Shown here one piece after another: positions 56,801 to 64,000 of a DNA stretch of 64,000 nt. Each line of letters starts with the position of its first letter. Within the stretch, counting starts at the first letter, position 1. Source of the DNA: a virus. A model generated the notes under the pieces. The model had not been told where the DNA came from, made no database searches, and was given only the letters and a program-made list of their open reading frames with translations. The translations under genes and the position numbers were made by a program. The stretch is from IMG/VR virus record IMGVR_UViG_3300032213_003338, positions 58,609-122,608 of that record; one strand, given 5' to 3'.

Positions 56801-59588
56801 CAAGAGCTGGCGCTATTGCTCCGCTTACAAGATTTGCCCCAGACCTAAAAATCTCTCTTATAAATGGATTATCAACAAGCCCTACCGCGGCCTCTTGAAG
56901 AGAGACCCTGGCTCTTTCTATTGACTTTCCAACTGTTTCAAGCTGTGTTTGCGCATCACGAAGAACAGAGCCTGCTGATCTTTCGGTTGTCTGTCTTAAA
57001 TTTTCAGCTTGTGCGTTGAGGGCTTCAAATAAAGCAAGAACCCTAGACGCATTTCTGACATCGACAAATTGTGCAATTGCTGATACTTTTTCGGACTCTG
57101 TACTAAATCTAGTTTGGAAAAGATTTGCTACAGATTGAAGTCTTTTAGCTGGATTAAGTTCTTGGAGTATTTTGGGATCAATTCCGCCAAGAAACTTTTC
57201 GAATTTTGGCTTAAACAAAGACGTTGTTATCGTCTTTAGCGATGTACCAATAACAGAAGCAGATTCTCTTGTCTGCTGCCTAAGCGCTGAAGATATCCCA
57301 AGAAATTCTTGAAAATTACCGCCAAGCTCAGCAAAGGCAGAGCCACCACGTTTAACTATTTCAAATAGGTCTTGTGATTCTACAGCGTAGTCTTTGGAGA
57401 ATTGGTTTACGAGATCAAGAATGTTTCTGGTGTCTGAAAGTGTTAGATTAAATTGGCGATAAACTGCAATAAGCCCGTCAACGGTTTGCTCTTGTGAACC
57501 AAATGATGGGCCTAGTCTAGCCTGCGATATAGCCTCTATGGCACCCTGAAGCTCTGATACGTTTGTGAAACCGGCCTGCGCAAGCAATGCGACACCGCTA
57601 GCGATTTCGCTAGGCGCTATTCCGAGAGATGTTCCTAGGTTCTTTATGAATCCGGAAAGCTCTTTTATTTTTCCGTTGTTTTCTACGGTATCACCAAGAA
57701 CCTGTCTTACCTTGGTTAGCTGTTGCTCTAGCTTAAAAAACTCTCCAGTAGAGTTTCTGATAAAAGATACAGTTCCGTATATTCCAGATGCGCCTATTAC
57801 GTATGCTGCAATTCTTTGTGTGGCGATTGTTACTTGCGCACCAAGTCTCTCAAAGCTATTTCCAAATCTAGCGGTAAATTGAAGTACGCTTTGTCTTCCA
57901 CCCTCAACGTCTCTTAGCGCTTGATTGAATTCACGAAGTGCGTTTTTGGCGTCTTTTGATGCTTTTGTAGTTCTTCCAAGGGCGCCCTCCAGAGACGCTC
58001 CAGTTAGATTTGAGATATTTACACCAGTCAGCTTATTTACTTCTAGAGCCTGTTTTGCTAGTTCTGCATTGCTTAACTTTGTGTACCCTGGTCCAGCTTT
58101 TCTTGCGACCTCATTGTTAAGTTTTACAAGAGCGTCATAAGTCTCACGAACACGATCTCTTATTTTCTGCCGCTTCTTAGCCTCTTCTTCTAGAACAGAC
58201 TGCCTTTGGGCAATCTCCTTGCTTACAATCTTTTCTCTCTCTGCTTGACTTCTTGCAAATGTTGCTCTTTCTGCGTTAGCAGTTATTATATCAGCTTGAG
58301 TCGCAGGAGCGGCGCCAGGAGCAATAATTCCAAATCTACCCTCGACACTTGATGCTATGTCCGCTCTTGATCTAGCGGCCCTAGTTCTACCCTTTAGCCT
58401 ATCAAGCTCCACGAGTTTTTGTTCAAGAGCAACTTCTTTTTCAATTAAAGCTCTTAAAGATTCACGGAATCTGAGCTGGTCAAGTATTGCTTTGCTTCGT
58501 TCTTTTTCTTTTGCGGTTAACTTATCTGTAAGATCTTTTGCCTCTTTTTTAGCGGCAACACCTTCTGCTTTTATCGTGTCTTCAACACGCCTTCGATCCA
58601 ATGGTGCTATTTTTCCACCACCAGAAAGAAGCGCGGCAACTTCTGGTCTTGATCTTATATCCCTCTCAAGCTCAGAAGCTGATTTTGGTCTGTAAAAAGT
58701 ACCAGACTTAGCTGCCGTAGCCGCCTTTGCGGCTTCGGCTTTTACCTGCTCGTCTACTGTTTTTTTGATTGCTTGCTCTACGCTATAAATCTTGTTTGCA
58801 TTTGCCTCTCTTATTTTATAAGCCGCATTTGCATCTTTAACAGCCTTTGAGGTATTGAAGTTTTCTGATGTTATTTTTTGAGTTTCACCGCGAACTTTGT
58901 TAATAAGATCATTTGCTTCTCGCAAATTATTCACAGATGATGGATCAAATAAGCTTAAGGCTTCTGTTCTTATGTCTTGTCTAGCCCTTGCCGTGTAGGA
59001 AGGGTCTAGCTGGGCGCGCTGCTCTTCTTGGGCAGAACGGGCACGAATAAACTGGCCTATTGCAGAACCAAGAACCTGCTGTCTAGTAGCAAGTCTTGTC
59101 TTAAGAGTTTCTGTTTTTTCTAAAGCCTTATCTATTGCTTCTGTGTCAAACTCGAGCTTTATTGCTCGTTTTGCGTCGCGCTGAAGTACCTTTATTTCTT
59201 CGCTAATAAACTGAAAAAGAGTAACAAGATCTTGGGAGTCTTTAAAAGTTTTAGGGTTTAGCTGAATTAACCTTATTGCTTCTCTTGCGCCAGCAGAAGC
59301 GCCCTTGAGCGCATTAACTGATTTAAAAAGTCCTTCTATGTCTCGTGTTCCCGCCGCACCAACTTTCAATTTCGGATCATTTATGATCTTTTTTGCTTCT
59401 GTGGCTACTTTGGATATTTGAGTAAGAAGTTCATTTGCATTACCAACATCAAAGTTTACGCCAATATCAACAGCGGCCTTTTGATTAATAGCTCCCTGTA
59501 TTGCTTTTGCGGCCTGTGCAACAGCAGATTTATTTACATTTATTGTATTTACAAGAGCGCCAAATCTTAAAAAGAAGTCCTCTGCCAC
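53871..59588 (-). CDS. Tail tape measure protein
   Basis: 1905-aa helical protein; TP901-type core LEQQLTKVRQV...EIASGVALLAQAGF; downstream of tail tube and chaperones. Confidence 0.9.
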   Translation of the reverse strand: MAEDFFLRFGALVNTINVNKSAVAQAAKAIQGAINQKAAVDIGVNFDVGNANELLTQISKVATEAKKIINDPKLKVGAAGTRDIEGLFKSVNALKGASAGAREAIRLIQLNPKTFKDSQDLVTLFQFISEEIKVLQRDAKRAIKLEFDTEAIDKALEKTETLKTRLATRQQVLGSAIGQFIRARSAQEEQRAQLDPSYTARARQDIRTEALSLFDPSSVNNLREANDLINKVRGETQKITSENFNTSKAVKDANAAYKIREANANKIYSVEQAIKKTVDEQVKAEAAKAATAAKSGTFYRPKSASELERDIRSRPEVAALLSGGGKIAPLDRRRVEDTIKAEGVAAKKEAKDLTDKLTAKEKERSKAILDQLRFRESLRALIEKEVALEQKLVELDRLKGRTRAARSRADIASSVEGRFGIIAPGAAPATQADIITANAERATFARSQAEREKIVSKEIAQRQSVLEEEAKKRQKIRDRVRETYDALVKLNNEVARKAGPGYTKLSNAELAKQALEVNKLTGVNISNLTGASLEGALGRTTKASKDAKNALREFNQALRDVEGGRQSVLQFTARFGNSFERLGAQVTIATQRIAAYVIGASGIYGTVSFIRNSTGEFFKLEQQLTKVRQVLGDTVENNGKIKELSGFIKNLGTSLGIAPSEIASGVALLAQAGFTNVSELQGAIEAISQARLGPSFGSQEQTVDGLIAVYRQFNLTLSDTRNILDLVNQFSKDYAVESQDLFEIVKRGGSAFAELGGNFQEFLGISSALRQQTRESASVIGTSLKTITTSLFKPKFEKFLGGIDPKILQELNPAKRLQSVANLFQTRFSTESEKVSAIAQFVDVRNASRVLALFEALNAQAENLRQTTERSAGSVLRDAQTQLETVGKSIERARVSLQEAAVGLVDNPFIREIFRSGANLVSGAIAPALGAIAPIAAPAGFSVAIYALVNIIKSSIVTYRSLITSSQRLTTGLDSVNRTISILNNNITALSGRGTSIPGGPGGGGGGGGSGGGRGGGFFKNAIFSPLGQGTGLFLASGLTSILSDFVSTLGTNERERNAAGAASSAINVLGGGLGGAGFARLLGFGIRGTAAGAIAGAGLETFKVINQRREEIRIAEQQRQQEQLSARQNITAEFVSSGRIAPGGVPTLGPNIERFFLDQNALPQRIDALVSLIINREGNVQGSLENLVKKSDPNLTAAQIADTIKDLTSPEGGGTQAVEILRQSLKNAFVRAQNLGLTGAKADAFVKKELQTLLSRPSEGVVVQGKEIEKVFNSLVKQFGKIGRASLNLDEVLNDYAQTLELSSARIFASLGRVNQNAQLRQNIRNRNVLGSDALSSIFGTGAFTPRTTELSQFTSDAQLFNQFGAEPLVTPNLRNRINQINALAEQFRSGSFSGAPPLFVARQAAQAAAGEDNNERDLRGRESELQKRFEQLAKSGEVNVGEALLGIDKLREARIASINELIKEQNEYLKDAVALSDLATQKRFQQLDVQKQIVSIQDSLKRQLLEIDRASGNISDAQFRSGVGAIKPQLPGVATGLLTGGGGGFAGLGQALADVQKNFAIFSNNISKGLFAPGAIVGQKASPAAFGASINNIIQSRQLAVGQVNLAETDPNKLIADVTRAFNETRSLIPRLFDEFGNYLDASRQGVLEQIQIIQGQLQASLGFTKDIVSKAFGGTPDEQALARQEIEKNRDNLRRLASELQSAGFRPEDLTPEKIVNSPALQAIAEDFARRIGAAGDFLGTTGLAQSAGGATLQGFGFTGTQLSDLINLGQNIVPSLTGFNAGIANSFNEINKLKNELTNIGQSQIDLQKESIAVIKEQTSLVQKTADTLAKALEGVPDTITFKIEGLQDINLKFNLASAEQDIQNIKNTVSAQVVEYIRNALNTAGFSISSFTFPVAPPTP

Positions 59589-59623
59589 TTTACGTCCTCT
59601 AGTCTAAATACACTAGAGATGCT

Positions 59624-60289
59624 TTATTTTACTGAGGTCTTTTTCTTCTTTGGCTTGTCTTCACCAATGGCCTTTTGAACAACAGGAGCGTTTTGTGTTT
59701 CTTCCCCGTGTTTTTCAAGCCATTCATTTTCGGGTCTTAATTTTTCAATTTGTCGAAGTATTTCTTGAGTTCCCTCATAGATAAAGGACATTATTTCTGA
59801 GGCTGCTCTATTGGCAAGAGGTGAATCGTCGTCTTCAAACTCTTTGAACGATGACCATATTTTACCACCGTCATCACGAGAGCAGCACGCAAATGCGTAG
59901 TAATTAAATCTTCGATTTTCTGCAAACAGAGTCGCTGACTGAGAATTTAATTCATATCTTGCGCTGTCAACCTCATCCATAGCCTTTCTTTCCGCGCGTA
60001 TCTCATCGACAATTTTCATACCATCATTTTTATTCTCTGTTTTTTCTAGTTTTTTTAAAAGCTTGTCGATTTTACCTTGCGACTCTTTTCGCTCATCTTC
60101 TCGAGAATATCTATCAAGACCGCGCTCCTTTAATATTTTTTCAACTTCAGCCTCAAGAAAAAGGCCGTTTGCAATGGCCTCACGATAGGCCTTTGCGTAA
60201 ATTGCATCGCTTTCTCTTCTGATCTTGTTAGTTGGTTTTACTATCTTGTATTGAGCGCTGTCAAATTCAAATTTTCTTACTTCGTCCAT
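59624..60289 (-). CDS. Putative tail assembly chaperone
   Basis: Charged helical protein just upstream of the tape measure gene. Confidence 0.5.
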   Translation of the reverse strand: MDEVRKFEFDSAQYKIVKPTNKIRRESDAIYAKAYREAIANGLFLEAEVEKILKERGLDRYSREDERKESQGKIDKLLKKLEKTENKNDGMKIVDEIRAERKAMDEVDSARYELNSQSATLFAENRRFNYYAFACCSRDDGGKIWSSFKEFEDDDSPLANRAASEIMSFIYEGTQEILRQIEKLRPENEWLEKHGEETQNAPVVQKAIGEDKPKKKKTSVK

Positions 60290-60644
60290 TTTGTTGTCCT
60301 AGTTGTATTTTAGTGTCTTTTACTGATATTTTAAAGTTATTAATATCTTTTACTATTCTGTTTTTTTCAGTATTGCCCTGATCAAATATTGACTCTCGTA
60401 GATCAAGAAATTTATTGAACCACTTTTTTTGATCTGGCGTCATCTTAGATTCATCTACCCCTTCTAGTTCACCCCAAAGAGAACCGAAGAAATGCTCTAT
60501 TTTTGAAACAGCACCAACAAAAACGGTCTCCATTCTTGAGCAAGCAATTTTTTGCAGTATCTCTGAACACTTTTGCTCGTTTACCTCTTGGAGTTTTTGC
60601 TGCTGTATTAAACGAAGCCGTTCACGAGCTTCTTTGTAATTCAT
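60267..60644 (-). CDS. Hypothetical protein
   Basis: Coupled ORF between the chaperone-like genes. Confidence 0.6.
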   Translation of the reverse strand: MNYKEARERLRLIQQQKLQEVNEQKCSEILQKIACSRMETVFVGAVSKIEHFFGSLWGELEGVDESKMTPDQKKWFNKFLDLRESIFDQGNTEKNRIVKDINNFKISVKDTKIQLGQQNGRSKKI

Positions 60645-61678
60645 TTTTGGGCCTTCAGATTGTTTTGTTGAATTTGAATATCTACCCGCACATCGGGTAA
60701 TTCGTGTTCCTTTATCGCTCCTCTTGCCTCTAATGTCCTGTTTCTGCTTTGTATACTAGCGAGACCAAGCGGAGTGTTCATTGATGAATACACTTTTTGG
60801 GCGTCTTGAGGTGTTTGTGCGACTATAAATACTTCTTTTGCTGCCGCTATTTTTGGATTTGTTGTAAACGCTGTATTCTTTTTGTTTGTTTTATTATACT
60901 GGTCTTCAAACCATTTGTCCAAAGCTTCGTCGTCATCTATAACAGACCAATCGGGTCTTTCGTGGCTTTCAAAAACATTATCGTATATATTAGACCAATA
61001 AGAAAGATCTCGTTGTGATTTAGCCATATCAGCAAGAGGTCTTCCAAAGAGATCGCCACCAGACCCATTGTATGTTTTCCATATTGAACGCCACGGTTCG
61101 GATCTTGCTATCTTCCGTATTTCTTTTTCTGAATAAAACTCTCTAAGTATTTCACCAGTTAAACAATTAATTAAATCGGAATTAGGGTCGTCGTCAAATT
61201 CTTTTTGGTTAGACCAAAGCAAATTACCGTTTAAATATATTGAATACGGCAAAACTGAAGAGGCCTGGTATTTTTTAAGTTGATAATCTATTGTTTGAGT
61301 AAAGAACGACATCTTTAGCTCAAGAAGTTCTTTGAGTCTTGATTCTGCCATTCTTCGTCTAGAAATGAGAATGTTTTTTTCTATAGTTTTAAACTCGTAG
61401 TCTGGAAGTGACTTTGTTATTTCTTTGATTATTGTTTTTGTGTTTTCAAATTCTTTTTCAAGATCATCGCTCCAAAGACCATGTTTGTAAAGAAGATCTT
61501 TTTCTTCTTCGCTAGATAAGAATCCATCTTTTTTAAATCTATCTTCGTTTACACCAAGAGAGTTAAATATCCTTGATGATGTGATTATACCGGGTTGTCT
61601 AAAAACATATTGCTGTCCACCGCATTGGACACAAAACTCTCCGGAAATTACAGAATAGACTAGCGAGTCTGATATCAC
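60641..61678 (-). CDS. Putative tail assembly chaperone-like protein
   Basis: RKIARSEPWRSIW...YDNVFE...P...VIDDDEALDKW; start GTG 61678 follows TATAAT-N5. Confidence 0.5.
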   Translation of the reverse strand: MISDSLVYSVISGEFCVQCGGQQYVFRQPGIITSSRIFNSLGVNEDRFKKDGFLSSEEEKDLLYKHGLWSDDLEKEFENTKTIIKEITKSLPDYEFKTIEKNILISRRRMAESRLKELLELKMSFFTQTIDYQLKKYQASSVLPYSIYLNGNLLWSNQKEFDDDPNSDLINCLTGEILREFYSEKEIRKIARSEPWRSIWKTYNGSGGDLFGRPLADMAKSQRDLSYWSNIYDNVFESHERPDWSVIDDDEALDKWFEDQYNKTNKKNTAFTTNPKIAAAKEVFIVAQTPQDAQKVYSSMNTPLGLASIQSRNRTLEARGAIKEHELPDVRVDIQIQQNNLKAQK

Positions 61679-61690
61679 CAAATATTATAG

Positions 61691-61715
61691 AAAAAACCCG
61701 GCCTTTCGGTCGGGT
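61691..61715 (-). terminator. Rho-independent terminator after the major tail gene
   Basis: On - strand: ACCCGACC-GAAA-GGCCGGGT followed by TTTTT. Confidence 0.85.
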
Positions 61716-61739
61716 CTTTCTTTAGGACTAAAACTAAGA

Positions 61740-62921
61740 TTAGGTTGGTGGTCCAGAGAATGTGCCTGCAACTGCAACGTTTGCGCCACCGGTCGATAGT
61801 AGCTGACCAGTAATTGCAGCGCCAGCAATATCTCTTGGGTCTCTTATGTATAGCGTATTATAGGTGGTGTAGGTAAATGTAGTGGTTCTATTGCCACCAC
61901 CAGTGTCACCACCTGTATCAGAAACTGAGGTAAGCTTGTTCTTAACGCCCATATCGAAAACAGTGCCGTCGTTCAAGCCAATAATGATTGGCTCGTTTGT
62001 CAAGTTTGCAGTGTTATCTATCGCAGACACCCTATCGCCAGCGCGGTTAATAATTTCAAAAGTTGTGGTTACTTCAACTGGGAAGTCAATGTAACGAGCG
62101 TATGGAGCGCGACGACCAAGCTGGAAGATTTCTGGGCGACCAAAGTCTGTCGAGACCTGAATGGACTGAATTCTTGGTAGATAGCCACCGTCTTCACCAG
62201 TGGCACTTTGCCCAGAGGCTGGTAAAGTGTTAGCTGCAATCGGACCAGAAGCCCCAGTGAAAGCAGCAATTGGTCTTACGCCAGCAAGGCTTCGTGGAAG
62301 AATTGAGCCAGTTGGGTTCCAGTTGTATCTTCTGCGAACTCCAGTGGAGTCGATATCAGTGCCAAAGTTGTTTGGATTGAAAAATCCGGTTGCTGCTCCA
62401 CCAGCTACACCTGTTCCGAGCGTCCAAAGCTTGTTATTACCAACAAAGGTGACGCTATGGGTGAAGTTTCCATCAACAGGCATGTTGAAATTAATGGAGT
62501 TAACATACATACCGCTCATTATGCATGTGCCGCTTGGAAGTCCATTGTATCCGGTACCTGTGCCTACTATAGTAACTGTATCTTCCCAGAAACCAACAGC
62601 AATATTGCACTGCTCGTTAGAGAAGCGACCAACCAGAGTACCGGTTGTCGCACCCTGTGTTCCAAGAGAAGAAAGCAGGGTTGCGCCGCAGAGAACTTGC
62701 TCCATTGTGCATTCTACAGCCGGAAGATTTTCTGGCTGATCAAAAAGCTCGAGTTCACCAAGCTGGAATACGGTATCTAGGTTAAAGCTTGTGTCTATAC
62801 CAACACTTTGTAGGCCGCTTACGGGAATCCAGCCAGTTGTATAGCCAACTATGCCAGTTGCAGTATTTCTTGCAATACCAACTCCGTATGCTGCGTAATA
62901 TAATCTTTTATTGTCGGGCAT
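61740..62921 (-). CDS. Major tail (tube) protein
   Basis: GLQSVG...FQLG and IQSIQV...IFQLG internal duplication; SD GGAG; own promoter motif and terminator, consistent with high expression. Confidence 0.75.
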   Translation of the reverse strand: MPDNKRLYYAAYGVGIARNTATGIVGYTTGWIPVSGLQSVGIDTSFNLDTVFQLGELELFDQPENLPAVECTMEQVLCGATLLSSLGTQGATTGTLVGRFSNEQCNIAVGFWEDTVTIVGTGTGYNGLPSGTCIMSGMYVNSINFNMPVDGNFTHSVTFVGNNKLWTLGTGVAGGAATGFFNPNNFGTDIDSTGVRRRYNWNPTGSILPRSLAGVRPIAAFTGASGPIAANTLPASGQSATGEDGGYLPRIQSIQVSTDFGRPEIFQLGRRAPYARYIDFPVEVTTTFEIINRAGDRVSAIDNTANLTNEPIIIGLNDGTVFDMGVKNKLTSVSDTGGDTGGGNRTTTFTYTTYNTLYIRDPRDIAGAAITGQLLSTGGANVAVAGTFSGPPT

Positions 62922-62953
62922 TTATGTTTTAGTCTCCGTGTAATAATACACAA

Positions 62954-63892
62954 TTAAGTAACTATTTCAAAATCAAACACAACAGTAGATTTATAAATAG
63001 GAAGAGCTGTATAACCCTCTATTTCGGTTGGGTTATAATCAAATCTTCCAGTTTTCCATGGATACAGTGCGTACATTTGATCAGCACTTATTCTGTTTTC
63101 AACTTGGCCTTTGTGGTCTAATGGATATTTTCTGTTTTCTATCGCCTTGTTGACATCAAACATTTTTGTTCCCTGACCAGCCAGAGCCAGCGTTGCATCG
63201 ACAATTGTATCATGAAGACCGGGATCTTCGGAGACAATATCAAGAGATATGCTAAAGTTTTGAAGCTTATTTATGTCACCAAGCTGAAATGGATCTCCGT
63301 TTGATTGCGAGACATCTATAAAAACAGCTGGCATAAAAGATCTAAGCTCGTTTGGAACAGAATCAACACCCGATCCTGGAGTATAATTTTCAAATCTCTT
63401 TAGGTGTTCTGTGAACAGCATCTTATACTGACTAGACTTTGTTGGATATACAAATATCGCTCTTTCTGATCTATTGCAGTAAATTACATTTCCACTTTCT
63501 GTAAGCGCATTATTAAAAACTATTCCACCTCTGGCGTAATCAACATAATACTGATAAGTTCCCGTGGTTCCTGTGGGGTAAAAAACATCATTAATAAATA
63601 TACCGCTTACTTGTATAGGGTTTACGCCACCGGTATAAGTTGGAGCCGCGTTTTCCCAAACCCAATCGGAGCTTAGTCCCTGCCAAAATTTAAATCCAGA
63701 AGAGTTGTGAAGCTCAGGTCTGTACGATGGCTTTAAAACAGCCATTTCACTGCCATCAAAAGATTTTGTTCCAGACTCTATATTGTAATAAGCACCAATA
63801 TTTATAAAAGCCTCGCGCAATCTCCAGGTTAAATTTTCTCGTATTTGCGCACGATTACTGTACTGACCAAGGTATGTTAAATTTCTAAACAT
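62954..63892 (-). CDS. Putative tail completion/terminator protein
   Basis: VDYARGGIVF; MPAVFIDV...PFQLG; upstream of the tail tube gene. Confidence 0.55.
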   Translation of the reverse strand: MFRNLTYLGQYSNRAQIRENLTWRLREAFINIGAYYNIESGTKSFDGSEMAVLKPSYRPELHNSSGFKFWQGLSSDWVWENAAPTYTGGVNPIQVSGIFINDVFYPTGTTGTYQYYVDYARGGIVFNNALTESGNVIYCNRSERAIFVYPTKSSQYKMLFTEHLKRFENYTPGSGVDSVPNELRSFMPAVFIDVSQSNGDPFQLGDINKLQNFSISLDIVSEDPGLHDTIVDATLALAGQGTKMFDVNKAIENRKYPLDHKGQVENRISADQMYALYPWKTGRFDYNPTEIEGYTALPIYKSTVVFDFEIVT

Positions 63893-64000
63893 TAAATTCT
63901 TAATCCTTCTATCTGGCTAACTCTCTTCAAAAGTTCCTGTATTGGTTTGCCCATAAATGTTTTTGCTCCCTTCTGTGCTGCCTCTACTATTTTTTCGGCA
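63892..64000 (-). CDS. 3' end of a truncated ORF (neck/tail region)
   Basis: Open frame from the window edge ending in TAA that overlaps ATG 63892. Confidence 0.4.
   Translation of the reverse strand, partial: AEKIVEAAQKGAKTFMGKPIQELLKRVSQIEGLRI

Noticed and set aside
59624-61678. Programmed frameshift in tail assembly chaperones
   Set aside because: I could not identify a convincing slippery site at the ORF ends; each ORF has its own plausible start.
1-64000. Alternative genetic code (stop reassignment)
   Set aside because: Known genes are full length in code 11, and TAA, TAG and TGA all end coupled genes.

Overview
This is a 64 kb, AT-rich, densely coding segment of a large tailed dsDNA bacteriophage, read with the standard genetic code. 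It is probably siphovirus-like: tail tube, chaperones and a 1905-aa tape measure gene lie together with no sheath gene. The + strand mostly carries replication, recombination and nucleotide genes (class II RNR, dUTPase, RecA, DnaB, primase, dNMP kinase, RecB/Cas4-like nuclease, DnaE in two pieces, DnaQ, SSB, Rad52-like and Whirly-like proteins) and many glycosyl- and methyltransferases. The - strand mostly carries virion genes and a sulfotransferase. Highlights: (1) a dispersed repertoire of proteins with a basic amphipathic leader, usually a Pro-rich linker, and a Cys-rich or membrane-helix cargo, including a five-gene paralog array (4876-8905) with even Cys counts and one co-varying Cys pair; (2) an intein-free DnaE split into two genes 9.3 kb apart, the C-half in frame behind dnaQ; (3) a candidate ~80-nt structured RNA with its own promoter and terminator just after dnaE-N; (4) a GTGTATWW promoter motif with many leaderless starts; (5) a probable virion glycosylation system. 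All product calls come from motif recognition by eye; no database search was run.
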